DNA of 64,000 bases from Alphaproteobacteria bacterium (GTDB lineage Bacteria; Pseudomonadota; Alphaproteobacteria; SHVP01). The stretch's first letter is position 1; every line of letters starts with the position of its first letter. This document shows, one piece after another, positions 18,629 to 30,375 of the stretch. Under the pieces are notes generated by a model. The model did no database searches. It was not told the DNA's origin and was given only the letters and a program-made list of their open reading frames with translations. The DNA is taken from assembly GCA_947473325.1 (NCBI GenBank), contig CANJEJ010000003.1:9372-73371 (forward strand). The letters are read 5' to 3'. Both the position numbers and the translations under genes were made by a program.

Positions 18629-21600
18629 CTACACCGGCTCCAGCACCACGAGCAGGTCCTTCGTTTCCACCCGCGTGCCTGCCGGCGCCACGATTTCCTT
18701 CACCGTCGCGTCGCGGTCGGCATAGACGGCGGTTTCCATCTTCATCGCTTCGATGGTGAGCAGGCGGTCGCCTGCTTCCACCTTGTCGCCCTTGGCCACC
18801 GACAGGCTGACGACAAGGCCCGGCATCGGCGCGCCGACATGGCCCTCGTTGCCATCTTCCACCTTGCGGCGCTGGACGACGGTGGTGGCGAGCGTGCGGT
18901 CCTGCACCCGGACTGTGCGCGGCTGGCCGTTCAGCTCGAAGAAGACGTTGCGAATGCCGTCGTCATTGGGCTCGCCGATGGCGAGGTGGCGGACGATCAG
19001 CGTCTTGCCGCGTTCGATCTCGATGGAGAGCTCGTCGCCGACCTCCGGCCCATAGAAATGCACCGGTGTCGGCAGCACCGAAAGGTCGGAATAGACCCGG
19101 CGGTGCTCGGCATAGTCGGCGAAGACCTTGGGGTACATGAGATAGGAGGCGAGGTCGCGGTCGCCGAGCTGGCGGTGCACCTTCTTGCCCGCCTCGGCCC
19201 GCGCCTTCTCGATGTCGACCGGCGCCAGCACCTTGCCTGGCCGTTCGGTCAGCGGTTCGCGGCCCTTCAGCACCTTCTTCTGCAGGGCGGGCGGGAAGCC
19301 GCCGTAGGGCTGGCCGAGGTCGCCGTGGAAGAATTCCACCACCGATTCGGGGAAGGAGATCTCGGTGTCGGGGTCGAGCACATCGTCCTTGGTCAGCGAG
19401 TTGGTGACCATGTAGAGCGCCATGTCGCCGACAACCTTCGAGGTCGGCGTCACCTTGACGATGTCGCCGAACATCTCGTTCACCTCGGTATAGGCCTGGG
19501 CGACGGCGGGCCAATGCGCCTCGTCGATGCCAAGGCCGCGGGCCTGTTCGCGCAGGTTGGTGAACTGGCCGCCCGGCATGGCATGTTCGTAGACTTCCGC
19601 CATGCCCGAGCGCAGGTCGCTTTCAAAGGCCGCGTAGTAGCGGCGCACGCCTTCCCAGTAGCTTGCCATGCCGCGCAGCGTCTTGCGGTCGAGGCCGGGA
19701 TCGCGCTCGCTGCCGCGCAGCGCCTCGACGATGGAGCCGAGGTTGGGCTGCGAGGTGAGGCCGCTCATCGAATCCATCGCCGCATCAGCCGCATCGACGC
19801 CGGCTTCCGCCGCCGCCAGCACGCTCGCCGCCGAGATGCCCGAGGTGTCATGGGTGTGGAAATGGATCGGGATGCCGATTTCCTGCTTGAGCGTGGAAAC
19901 CAGCAGCTTCGCCGCCGCCGGACGGCACAGGCCGGCCATGTCCTTGATGCCCAGGATATGCGCGCCGGCCTTTTCCAGCTCCTTCGCCATCGTGACGTAA
20001 TATTGCAGCGTGTATTTGCGCTCGCCGGGATTGGACAGGTCGCCGGTGTAGCAGATCGCCGCCTCGCACAGCCGGTCGGATTCGAGCACGGCGTCCATCG
20101 ACACGCGCATGTTCTCGACCCAGTTGAGCGAATCGAATATCCGGAAGACATCGATGCCGGCATCCACCGCCTGGGCGACGAAGAACTTCACGACATTGTC
20201 GGGATAGTTCGTGTAGCCGACCCCGTTGGCCGCGCGCAGCAGCATCTGGGTCAGCAGGTTCGGCATCTGCTCGCGCAGCAGGGCGAGCCGTTCCCACGGG
20301 TCTTCGTGCAGGAAGCGCATGGCGACATCGAAGGTGGCGCCGCCCCAGCATTCCACCGAGAAGAGTTCTGGCAGCAGCCGGGCATAGGCGGGCGCGATCT
20401 TCGCCATGTCGAAGGTGCGGAAGCGCGTCGCCAGCAGCGACTGGTGCGCATCGCGCATCGTCGTATCGGTGATGAGCAGACGCTTCTGGTCGAGCATCCA
20501 GCCGGCGAAGCGTTTCGGCCCCAGTTCCTGCAGCAGGTCGCGCGTGCCCTTGGGCGGCTCTGTCTTCGGCACGACGGGCATGGGCGGCGCGGCGAAGGCC
20601 CTGGGCCGCGGACGGCCCTTCACCTCGGGGTTGCCGTTGACCAGCACCTCGCCCAGGAAGGTGAGAAGCCGGGTGGCGCGGTCGCGGCGCGGCTTGAAGG
20701 TGAGCAGGCCCGGCGTGTCGTCGATGAAGCGGGTGGTGTAGTTCCAGGTGATGAAGCGTTCGTCGCTGACGAGCTTTTCGAGGAAGACAAGGTTGGTCTT
20801 GACGCCACGGATGCGAAATTCGCGCAGCGCACGGTCCATGCGCTTCGCCGCTTCCTCCGGCGTCGGCGCCCAGGCCGTCACCTTTTCCAGCATCGAATCG
20901 TAGTAGGGCGTGATGACCGCGCCGCTGTAAGCCGTGCCGCCGTCGAGCCGGATGCCGAAGCCGAGCGCGCCGCGATAGGCGGTGATGCGGCCATAGTCGG
21001 GAATGAACTGGTTTTCCGGATCTTCCGTGGTGATGCGGCACTGCAGTGCGTGGCCGCGGAACTCGATCCCTTCCTGCGCCGGCACGCCGGAGGCAGGCTC
21101 GCCGATGGCGGCACCCTCGATCACATGGATCTGCGCCTTGATCAGGTCGATGCCGGTGATGACCTCGGTCACCGTGTGCTCGACCTGGATGCGCGGATTC
21201 ACTTCAATGAAGTAGAAGGCGCCCGTCTTCGCATCCATCAGGTATTCGACGGTGCCGGCGCACTGGTATTTCGCGGCGCGGGCGAGGCGCACGGCGGAAT
21301 CGCAGAGCGCCTTGCGCTTCTCGTCCGTCAGGTAGGCGGCGGGGGCGCGCTCGACCACCTTCTGGTTGCGCCGCTGCATCGAGCAGTCGCGCTCGTAGAG
21401 ATGGACGATGGTGCCGTAGAGATCGCCGAGGATCTGCACCTCGACATGGCGCGCGCCTTCGACGAATTTCTCGAGGAAGACCTCGTCATTGCCAAAGGCG
21501 GCCTTTGCCTCGCGCCGGCCGGCGGCAACCTGTTCCAGAAGCTCGGCCTCGGTCCGGATGATGCGCATGCCGCGCCCGCCGCCACCCCAGCTCGCCTTCA

Positions 21601-22105
21601 GCATGACGGGCAGGCCGACCTTGGCCGCCAGCCGCTTCACTTCCGCTTCGTCATGGGGCAGCGCGTCGGTCGCGGGCACCACCGGCACACCGGCTTCCAT
21701 GGCGAGCTTGCGCGCCGAGACCTTGTTGCCGAGCGCGCGCATCACATCGGGCGTCGGGCCGATGAAGCGGATGCCGGCCACCGCGACGGCCTCGGCGAAT
21801 TCCGGGTTCTCGGACAGGAAACCGTAGCCCGGATGGATGGCATCGACATGCGCCTCCTTGGCGATGCGCACGATGTCGGCAATGTCGAGATAGGCCTGGA
21901 CCGGCCCCTTGCCCTCGCCGACCAGATAGGCCTCGTCGGCCTTGAAACGGTGCAGCGCGAAGCGGTCTTCCTTTGAGTAAATGGCGACCGTGCGCAGGCC
22001 GAGCTCGGTGGCGGCGCGGAAGACGCGAATCGCGATTTCACTGCGATTGGCGACCAGGATCTTGCGGATTTTGCGGTTCGAGGCAGCGTTCATGACGGTG
22101 TCCAT
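18629..22105 (-). CDS. pyc: pyruvate carboxylase
   Basis: BC domain ANRSEIA/HPGYGFLSEN, CT domain RDAHQSLLATR, biotinyl EAMKME; 1158 aa. Confidence 0.98.
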   Translation of the reverse strand: MDTVMNAASNRKIRKILVANRSEIAIRVFRAATELGLRTVAIYSKEDRFALHRFKADEAYLVGEGKGPVQAYLDIADIVRIAKEAHVDAIHPGYGFLSENPEFAEAVAVAGIRFIGPTPDVMRALGNKVSARKLAMEAGVPVVPATDALPHDEAEVKRLAAKVGLPVMLKASWGGGGRGMRIIRTEAELLEQVAAGRREAKAAFGNDEVFLEKFVEGARHVEVQILGDLYGTIVHLYERDCSMQRRNQKVVERAPAAYLTDEKRKALCDSAVRLARAAKYQCAGTVEYLMDAKTGAFYFIEVNPRIQVEHTVTEVITGIDLIKAQIHVIEGAAIGEPASGVPAQEGIEFRGHALQCRITTEDPENQFIPDYGRITAYRGALGFGIRLDGGTAYSGAVITPYYDSMLEKVTAWAPTPEEAAKRMDRALREFRIRGVKTNLVFLEKLVSDERFITWNYTTRFIDDTPGLLTFKPRRDRATRLLTFLGEVLVNGNPEVKGRPRPRAFAAPPMPVVPKTEPPKGTRDLLQELGPKRFAGWMLDQKRLLITDTTMRDAHQSLLATRFRTFDMAKIAPAYARLLPELFSVECWGGATFDVAMRFLHEDPWERLALLREQMPNLLTQMLLRAANGVGYTNYPDNVVKFFVAQAVDAGIDVFRIFDSLNWVENMRVSMDAVLESDRLCEAAICYTGDLSNPGERKYTLQYYVTMAKELEKAGAHILGIKDMAGLCRPAAAKLLVSTLKQEIGIPIHFHTHDTSGISAASVLAAAEAGVDAADAAMDSMSGLTSQPNLGSIVEALRGSERDPGLDRKTLRGMASYWEGVRRYYAAFESDLRSGMAEVYEHAMPGGQFTNLREQARGLGIDEAHWPAVAQAYTEVNEMFGDIVKVTPTSKVVGDMALYMVTNSLTKDDVLDPDTEISFPESVVEFFHGDLGQPYGGFPPALQKKVLKGREPLTERPGKVLAPVDIEKARAEAGKKVHRQLGDRDLASYLMYPKVFADYAEHRRVYSDLSVLPTPVHFYGPEVGDELSIEIERGKTLIVRHLAIGEPNDDGIRNVFFELNGQPRTVRVQDRTLATTVVQRRKVEDGNEGHVGAPMPGLVVSLSVAKGDKVEAGDRLLTIEAMKMETAVYADRDATVKEIVAPAGTRVETKDLLVVLEPV

Positions 22106-22235
22106 GCGGGGCGGAACCTAGCCATCGCGCCCCCCGGAGTCGACCCTTAGAATCAGTCCAGTCCGGGGAGCGGGCGACCCCGAATCCGGTCGGCTGACCA
22201 TTGCAGAGTCGCCGTCATGCCCTCATCTTGGGCCC

Positions 22236-23447
22236 ATGACCGTCGCCCTGCTTGACCCCGCCCCGCCCCCCGCTGCCGCCCACCCCGTTACTGATTGGTT
22301 GATCAGAAAGGGCCTGACCCGCGGCAGCACTGCCTCGCTGATCCATGGCGTGTCGCTGCGCATCGTCGAAGCGGGCGTCCCGCTGTGGCGGTTGAATTTC
22401 ATGGTGCAAACGCTGCACCCGCAGAGCAGTGCCGCGCTCTATCGCTGGACCGAGGGCGAGGACAAGATCTGGACCTTCCAGCCCCCGCGCGCCGAGATGG
22501 CCCAATATGCGAGCCGGTTCCAGAACAGTCCCTTCAAGGTCGTGTTCGAGACCGGGGTCGAAATCCGCCGGCGGCTGGAAGGGCCAGAGGCGGTGCTCGA
22601 CTTCCCCATCCTGCCCGACCTGGTCGCCGAGGGTGCGACCGACTATGCGGTGTTCCCGGTTCGCTTTTCCGACGGCCAGGTGAATGCCATCACCTGCGCG
22701 ACACGGCGGACGGGCGGCTTCAGCGAACACGACATGGCAACGCTGCGGCGGGCCATCCGGGCGCTGACGGGCCCGCTCGAGGTGATGCAGATGCGCGAAC
22801 TGTCGCGCACGCTGCTCGACACCTATCTCGGCCACAATGCCGGCGGGCGGGTGCTGGACGGTGTGATTGACCGCGGCGCCGGCGAGGTGATCCGCGCCGT
22901 GATCTGGTATTGCGACTTGCGCAACTTCACCGGCATGTCCGAAACCCTGCCGATGGAATCGATGATTCGCCTGCTCAACGACTATTTCGGGGCGGTGGGC
23001 GCGCCGGTCCACGAGGTGGGCGGCGAGATCCTGAAATTCGTCGGCGACGCCATCCTGGCGATCTTCCCCATCACCGACGGCTGCAGCGCGGCCGAGGCCT
23101 GCGCCCGCGCACTGGGCGCGGCGACGGCGGCGCAGGGGCGCATGAAGCAACTCAACACCGAACGCGCCGCGCAGGGCTGGCCCGCGCTCGACTTCGGCAT
23201 CACGCTGCATGTCGGCGACGTCATCTACGGCAACATCGGCACGCCCGACCGGCTCGACTTCACCGTCATCGGACCGGCGGTGAATCTCGTCACGCGGATG
23301 GAAGACCTGACCAAGACGCTGAAGCAGCCGGTGCTGGTGTCGGACCTGTTCGCCGAACTGGCAGGCGGCGACTTCGCCCCGATGGGTTCGCACCGCTTCC
23401 AGGGCATTCCCGAACCGCGCGCCATTTTCGCACCCCGCGCGGCATGA
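22236..23447 (+). CDS. class III adenylate/guanylate cyclase domain protein
   Basis: DLRNFT, ILKFVGDAILAIF, YGNIG..DRLDFTVIGPAVN. Confidence 0.9.
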   Translation: MTVALLDPAPPPAAAHPVTDWLIRKGLTRGSTASLIHGVSLRIVEAGVPLWRLNFMVQTLHPQSSAALYRWTEGEDKIWTFQPPRAEMAQYASRFQNSPFKVVFETGVEIRRRLEGPEAVLDFPILPDLVAEGATDYAVFPVRFSDGQVNAITCATRRTGGFSEHDMATLRRAIRALTGPLEVMQMRELSRTLLDTYLGHNAGGRVLDGVIDRGAGEVIRAVIWYCDLRNFTGMSETLPMESMIRLLNDYFGAVGAPVHEVGGEILKFVGDAILAIFPITDGCSAAEACARALGAATAAQGRMKQLNTERAAQGWPALDFGITLHVGDVIYGNIGTPDRLDFTVIGPAVNLVTRMEDLTKTLKQPVLVSDLFAELAGGDFAPMGSHRFQGIPEPRAIFAPRAA

Positions 23448-23779
23448 CTGACAACCAGCCCGAACCCAATTTCAGCGACACAGGGCGGCCCCCACCGCGC
23501 GGCTTTCGCCTTCAACAAGCGGGCGCAATCGTCGAGCCGAAACGCGCGGTGTCGGGCTGGCTGAGCGTGATCAGCGGCGGGCTGTCGATCTTCGTCTTCG
23601 CGCCGTTCTTCGCGCCCTTCGGCTATCTGTTCGCGCTGTTCGCGCTGATCCGCGGCCAGGTCCTGCTGGCCCTGGCCGGGATCGCGCTCAGCACCTTCGG
23701 CCTCCTCACCTCGCCGATCTTCCTCGCGATGGCGGGGCTGGCCGGCTTCGTCTGGTGGGTCTGGCCGAGCTGGCTGTAA
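23444..23779 (+). CDS. small hypothetical membrane protein
   Basis: ATGA overlap with cyclase stop; about three hydrophobic segments; coding-like codon use. Confidence 0.65.
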   Translation: MTDNQPEPNFSDTGRPPPRGFRLQQAGAIVEPKRAVSGWLSVISGGLSIFVFAPFFAPFGYLFALFALIRGQVLLALAGIALSTFGLLTSPIFLAMAGLAGFVWWVWPSWL

Positions 23780-23829
23780 GCGCACGGGCCGCCGCAGGCG
23801 GCGATACGTGCGCGCCCAACCAAAACGGG

Positions 23830-24441
23830 TTACGCCGGCTTGGTGGCCTTGAGCGACGGGCGTTCCGACAGCTTGTCGAACCAGGCCGCCGTCTTCGGCG
23901 CCTTGGCGCGCCAGTTGCGGTCGGTGAAGCGGAAATCGAGATAGCCGAGCGCGCAGGCGAGCGTGATGGTGCCGATGTCGAAGGTCTCGCCGAAGGTGGC
24001 GACCTCGCGCTCGATGTCGCCGAGGCTCGCTTCCACCTTCTGCCACTGGCCCTTGTCCCAGTCGGACCAGCGCTTGTCTTCCGGGCGCAGCGTTGCTTCG
24101 TAGCGCACCAGCAAGGCCGCATCGAGGATGCCGTCGCCGACCGCCTGGCGGCGCAGCGCCGTCCAGCGCTTCGGCCCCGGCGCCGGGAAGAACTTTCCGC
24201 TGGCCAGGTGGTCGATGTATTCGCAGATCACCGGGCTGTCGAACAGCGTGTCGCCATCATTGGTCATCAGCGCCGGGATCTTGGCGAGCGGGTTTTTCTT
24301 CTGCACCTCGGCATTGGCGGCCACGGGCGACACGCCGCCCGGCGCCGGCACCTTTTCCACCTTGGCGTCGAGGCCGGTTTCGATCAGCAGCACCATGACC
24401 TTGCGGACATAGGGCGAGGAGGGCGAGTGGTAGAGCTTCAT
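23830..24441 (-). CDS. glutathione S-transferase family protein
   Basis: SPSSPYVRKV, NPLAKIPAL, DSPVICEY. Confidence 0.9.
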   Translation of the reverse strand: MKLYHSPSSPYVRKVMVLLIETGLDAKVEKVPAPGGVSPVAANAEVQKKNPLAKIPALMTNDGDTLFDSPVICEYIDHLASGKFFPAPGPKRWTALRRQAVGDGILDAALLVRYEATLRPEDKRWSDWDKGQWQKVEASLGDIEREVATFGETFDIGTITLACALGYLDFRFTDRNWRAKAPKTAAWFDKLSERPSLKATKPA

Positions 24442-24470
24442 GGCGGTTCTCCCGGATCTGGATTCCTGAA

Positions 24471-25964
<1,494 letters not shown>

Positions 25965-26136
25965 GATGAAAGGCTCCTTCTCCGGCGCGGGAGTTGGGCA
26001 CAAAGGCGGGGGGGATTCAAGGCTGGGCAGGACGACCGCAGAAACCGGCGCGCTTTCTGACAGCCCCCTTTTTGGCGGGTATCACCGTTTTCCCCAGTTT
26101 CGCGCTAGGCTAGGCGGACCGAACAGGAATTGTCCC

Positions 26137-27030
26137 ATGACGTGCCGTGTGCTGGCGCTGTGCGCCCTTGCCCTTGACCTTGCCGTTTTCGCACCCGCCC
26201 TTCCCGCCGCCGCGCAGGCGCCCGCGCCGGTGGAGTGGAAGGCGTGGGCGAACGGGCAGGAGCGCACGTTCGGCGACATCACGGTGAAGGCCGACGACCG
26301 GCGCACGGGCGAGGGGTATTTCTACATCCGCATCCTGAAGGGTGCACAGGAGGTGATGGCGCTGAGTTCCGCCGCCTTCCTGATGCACGAGCCGACGCTG
26401 GGCCAGGACATCAGCGGCAGCAGCAAGCCGCATCTCGCCGCGCTGGAATGGTCGGGCAACGACAATTGCTGCTACCAGCTGCACATCATCGAACTCGGTG
26501 CGGAACCGCGCGTCGTCGGCGATGTCGACATCAAATATATCGAGGAGGGCGGCTTTCCCACCTTCGTCGACCGGGACGGCAAGCCCGGCCTGGAGATCGA
26601 GGTGACCGACATGTGGGCCTTCTATGCCGACCTGCTGGCGGGATCGCCGGTGCCACGGGTGGTGCTGCGGCTGGAGGGTGGCGCCTATGTCGCCGACGGC
26701 GCCCTGATGAAGAAGCCGCCGCCGACCGACGCCGCGCTGATCGCGCGTGCCGATCAGTCGCACGACACCTATGAAGAGGCGCAGGTCGGCCAGGTGTGGG
26801 CGGAGGTCATTGCGAGCCCGGTGATCGAGCTGATCTACCAGGGCAACCTGGCCGCGGCCTGCCGCTTCCACGAACGCGCGCACCCGGACGACGACTACAA
26901 GGAAGCGTCGCTGTTGAAGCTGCTCGAGGATATCAACGTGAAGACGCGGCGCGCGGAGTGGAAGCTGTGGCCGGCGCTGGCCCGGGCCAACGGCATTCCC
27001 GAAAGCGGCACGCTCGACTGCCCGCGCTGA
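26137..27030 (+). CDS. hypothetical secreted protein
   Basis: Signal-like N-terminus ending AAAQA; WSGNDNCCY motif; strong GC3 bias. Confidence 0.7.
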   Translation: MTCRVLALCALALDLAVFAPALPAAAQAPAPVEWKAWANGQERTFGDITVKADDRRTGEGYFYIRILKGAQEVMALSSAAFLMHEPTLGQDISGSSKPHLAALEWSGNDNCCYQLHIIELGAEPRVVGDVDIKYIEEGGFPTFVDRDGKPGLEIEVTDMWAFYADLLAGSPVPRVVLRLEGGAYVADGALMKKPPPTDAALIARADQSHDTYEEAQVGQVWAEVIASPVIELIYQGNLAAACRFHERAHPDDDYKEASLLKLLEDINVKTRRAEWKLWPALARANGIPESGTLDCPR

Positions 27031-27042
27031 CGCGCGGCACGA

Positions 27043-29511
27043 TCAGCCGCGACTGAGGCGGCCGCGGGCTTCCCGGAGCTGCGAATCGGTCATGATCTTG
27101 CGCAGCGTGGCGAGCGAATCTTCCGCGCGCAGATGGCCCTGCGCCGCGGCGCGGGCGAACCAGGTGTGCGCCTCGATCAGGTCGCGCTTCACGCCGTTGC
27201 CGTCGAGATAGAGGCCGCCGACGAAGAATTGCGCGTCCGGCTGTCCGGTGCGCGCCACCGGCATCCAGAACTCATAGGCCTTCTCGTAGTTGCGGGCGAG
27301 ATAGGCGACGACGCCGACATCGACGGCGCGGCGCGCCGCATCCGGGTTGAAGCCCGGAATGTCGGGCGTGCCGGCGCGATTCATCAGGAAGGGGGGCGGC
27401 GCCTTCTCGTCATTGAGGGAGGCGACGCGGGCTTCCTTGATCTGGCGGTCATGCTCCGCCTTCGCCTCGCGCACGAGCGTGTCGGACAGGCGCGGGCCGC
27501 GCGGCACGGCGCGGTTGCCGCTGTCGGCTTCCTTCACGAGGAAGTCGGGCGGTTCGGTCACCGGCGCACCGGCCATCTCGCGCGCGGCTTCCTGCTTCAG
27601 CACATCGGAGACCGGAATGCGGTCGCGCGGCGCAGCCGCCACGACAGGCGCCAGTTCCGGGCGCAGGAAGGTCGGAATGGTGCCAGCCGGCGCGCTGTCC
27701 TTCGCCGTCGGAACGGCGGCCGACTTTGTCCCGGCCGGAGTCGTGTCCGTGTCGGCATCCCGGCGCAGGAAACCCGGCGCCGGCGCCGGTGCGGCAGCGG
27801 GCTGAGCCTCCAGCCGGTTGAGGCTCGCGGTGATTTCTTCCTCGCGCCGCGCCTCGGCCTCGCGCCGCAGGGTGGCGGCCGTGTCGGCAGCGGGCGTCGC
27901 GACGACGACGGGCGGCGTCGAATCATTGGCTGGCGCGGGTGCGACCACCGCGGGCGCGACTGCCGGGGCCGGTTCCGCCGCCGCCACAACGGCAGCGGGC
28001 GGAACCGCCTGGCGAGGCGGCAAGGCCGGGAAGGCATTGGTCGTCACCGGCACGGGCGTGGTGACGGGCGCCGTGACGCGCGTGGCATCGCGGGCGGCTT
28101 CGCGCGCCAGCAGGGGCGGAACGGGTGCCGCCGTGCCGCGCCCGGGTGCCGGTTGCGGTGCGGGCGCGTTGTTTGCCGGGCGTGCGTCTGCCGCGGCTTC
28201 GCGCTTCAGGAAGGCGGGAACCTCGGATGGCGACGCGGTGCGAAGCGGTGCCGGTGCCGTCAAGGCGGCCAGGCGGACGCGATCGGCTTCCGCCTCCGCG
28301 ACCAGGGTCGGCGACGGCGGCACGACGATGAGCGCGGGGGCCAGGCCGGCGCGTTCGCGGCGGGCTTCCTCGATCAGGAACGGCGCGACCGGCACGACGA
28401 TCGCGGCGACTTCCACAGGGGCCGGTTCGGTGCGCGCCGGCGACGGCGCACGGCTGGTGTCCGGAACCGCGACCGCGGCAGGCCGCGGCAGACGCGGCGC
28501 CACCGGCTCGGGCGTTGCAGGACGCAGCGCCGCCATCTGCGCGGGTGCAGGCTGCGCCGGCGGTTGCGGTTTGACGGGTGTCACCGTCAGCGCCGCCGCA
28601 CCGCGCGCGGCGGACGGCGTGGCGCGTTCTTCGGCCGGCCGCGTGCGCGGTCGAATGTCGCCAGTCAGCGCCGGCTGTTCGGTGCCAAGCTGCGCGACGT
28701 CGACCGGTGCCATCGGCACGGCCGGCGGCACCGCCTGCGGCGCGGCGCGCGCCACGGCCGTTGCCTGTTCCGGCGCGCGTGCGAGGAAGTCACGCGGCAT
28801 GTAGAGGTGCGAGCGCGAGGTTTCGACACCGCGCGCGGCCGAGATCAGGGGCTGCGTCGGCGCGGCTTCCGCCACCTGCTTCGGTGCGGGCGCAGGCGTG
28901 ACCGGTGCGGGCGCCGCGGCAACCGCCGCCGGCGTGCCGGCAGCCGGCGCCACCTTGTCGTTGAGGAATTGCGCAACGCGCTGGGCAGCGCGGTCATGGC
29001 CACCATCGGCGGCGCGCTGATACCAGCCCATGGCACGGTTGGCGCTCTTCTCCACGCCCAGTCCCTGTTCGTACATCAGGGCCAGGTTGTATTGCGCGAT
29101 GGCATGGCCCTGTTCGGCCGCCTTGTCGAACCAGCGGGCAGCTTCGGCCGGATCCCTGGCCACGCCCTGGCCCTGCAGATACATCACACCGAGATTGGCC
29201 TGCGCCGCCGCATGACCATGCTGTGCCGCGAGGCGATACCAGTTCGCCGCGACTTCGTCGCTTTGCGGCACGCCGCGGCCCTGGCGATAGAGCTGGCCGA
29301 TGTTGCGCTGCGCCGCCGGATCACCCTCGCGCGCGAGCGGCAGCCATTCCTCATAGGCCTTGCGGAAGTCACCCTTCTCGAAGGCCTTCACGCCCGCATT
29401 GAAATCGGCAAAGGCCGGGGCCGGTGCCCCGGCCAGCGCGACGGCCAGCGCAACGGCGGCTGTCGTGCACAACAGGCGGGTGCGGAAGTCGGTGTTCCTG
29501 GTGATGTTCAT
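27043..29511 (-). CDS. Sel1-repeat protein with long Pro/Ala-rich linker
   Basis: Signal peptide, N-terminal Sel1 repeats (AQxNLGxMY..GxGV..WY..AA), C-terminal Sel1 repeat. Confidence 0.88.
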   Translation of the reverse strand: MNITRNTDFRTRLLCTTAAVALAVALAGAPAPAFADFNAGVKAFEKGDFRKAYEEWLPLAREGDPAAQRNIGQLYRQGRGVPQSDEVAANWYRLAAQHGHAAAQANLGVMYLQGQGVARDPAEAARWFDKAAEQGHAIAQYNLALMYEQGLGVEKSANRAMGWYQRAADGGHDRAAQRVAQFLNDKVAPAAGTPAAVAAAPAPVTPAPAPKQVAEAAPTQPLISAARGVETSRSHLYMPRDFLARAPEQATAVARAAPQAVPPAVPMAPVDVAQLGTEQPALTGDIRPRTRPAEERATPSAARGAAALTVTPVKPQPPAQPAPAQMAALRPATPEPVAPRLPRPAAVAVPDTSRAPSPARTEPAPVEVAAIVVPVAPFLIEEARRERAGLAPALIVVPPSPTLVAEAEADRVRLAALTAPAPLRTASPSEVPAFLKREAAADARPANNAPAPQPAPGRGTAAPVPPLLAREAARDATRVTAPVTTPVPVTTNAFPALPPRQAVPPAAVVAAAEPAPAVAPAVVAPAPANDSTPPVVVATPAADTAATLRREAEARREEEITASLNRLEAQPAAAPAPAPGFLRRDADTDTTPAGTKSAAVPTAKDSAPAGTIPTFLRPELAPVVAAAPRDRIPVSDVLKQEAAREMAGAPVTEPPDFLVKEADSGNRAVPRGPRLSDTLVREAKAEHDRQIKEARVASLNDEKAPPPFLMNRAGTPDIPGFNPDAARRAVDVGVVAYLARNYEKAYEFWMPVARTGQPDAQFFVGGLYLDGNGVKRDLIEAHTWFARAAAQGHLRAEDSLATLRKIMTDSQLREARGRLSRG

Positions 29512-30011
29512 GCAGTGACCCGGCGCCAGGTGCCATCGGCCTCGCGGCAGGCGGTGCCCTTGGTTTCTTCGCTGCGGCCGCCAACGACGACGACCTGCGT
29601 GAATTCGCGGCAGTACTGGCCCGAGGCACGCTGGAACGTACGCGTCGGCGTCACCGTGCCGGTGTGTCCCGATTCGGGATTGTTCCAGCGGCTTTCCGTG
29701 CCGATGGGGACGGATTCGAGTGTGGTTTGCGTCGTGCGTTCCAGTGCCACCTGGTCGGCCCGCGACAGGCGTGCGGCGAGGTCATCATTTACCAGCGCCG
29801 CGAGCACAACAGGCACCGGCACGATGGCAACGGACTCGACAACGGCAGGGCGCGCCGCCGTCGGCGCCGGCGCGGACACAGCGGGTGTCTCGGCGGCGCG
29901 GGCTTCGTCGCCGCCGCGCAGCCATCGGCTGTTGCTGTTGCAGGCAGAAAGGCCCAGCGCCAGCACGGCGAGCAGGACCATCGCTCCGCTTCTGTCGGCC
30001 TTCAGTTGCAT
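29508..30011 (-). CDS. RT0821/Lpp0805 family (17-kDa antigen-like) surface lipoprotein
   Basis: Lipobox LSAC, WNNPESGHTG, YCREF, GTACR..DGTW. Confidence 0.85.
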   Translation of the reverse strand: MQLKADRSGAMVLLAVLALGLSACNSNSRWLRGGDEARAAETPAVSAPAPTAARPAVVESVAIVPVPVVLAALVNDDLAARLSRADQVALERTTQTTLESVPIGTESRWNNPESGHTGTVTPTRTFQRASGQYCREFTQVVVVGGRSEETKGTACREADGTWRRVTA

Positions 30012-30375
30012 TGTCGTTCCTGAGAACCGGCCGGACTTCTGGTGATCCGGGCCGGGTGAGCGTCCTACTGTAACATGCTCTACTATCTCATGAAATTGCG
30101 GCTGCTGCCAGTTGAAGCAAGTTGGTATCACTCTACCTTGCTGCTGCGGCAACCCCGGTTGTTGGCAGGCCGTTCGGAATGGTCGTTCCAGCACTCCGAA
30201 AGCTGATCAGACAATTTCTGATTTATCTTTAAAATCAAATTGTTACTGCCTTGCCTCCGCCCCTGGCCAGCAATGGTACCGCGACGCTGGCCGGCGGCGA
30301 GCAGACCCTGGCCGGCCTTTGCGGTCCGGCGGGGCGAACATCCACCACCGGTCTTCCCGGTCATCAGAGCCCCTC

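Noticed and set aside
18617..21976. 1119-aa + strand ORF
   Set aside because: Antisense shadow of pyc caused by high-GC codon bias; no recognisable motifs
27133..30045. 970-aa + strand Arg-rich ORF
   Set aside because: Antisense to the Pro/Ala-rich Sel1 gene and the lipoprotein; compositional artefact
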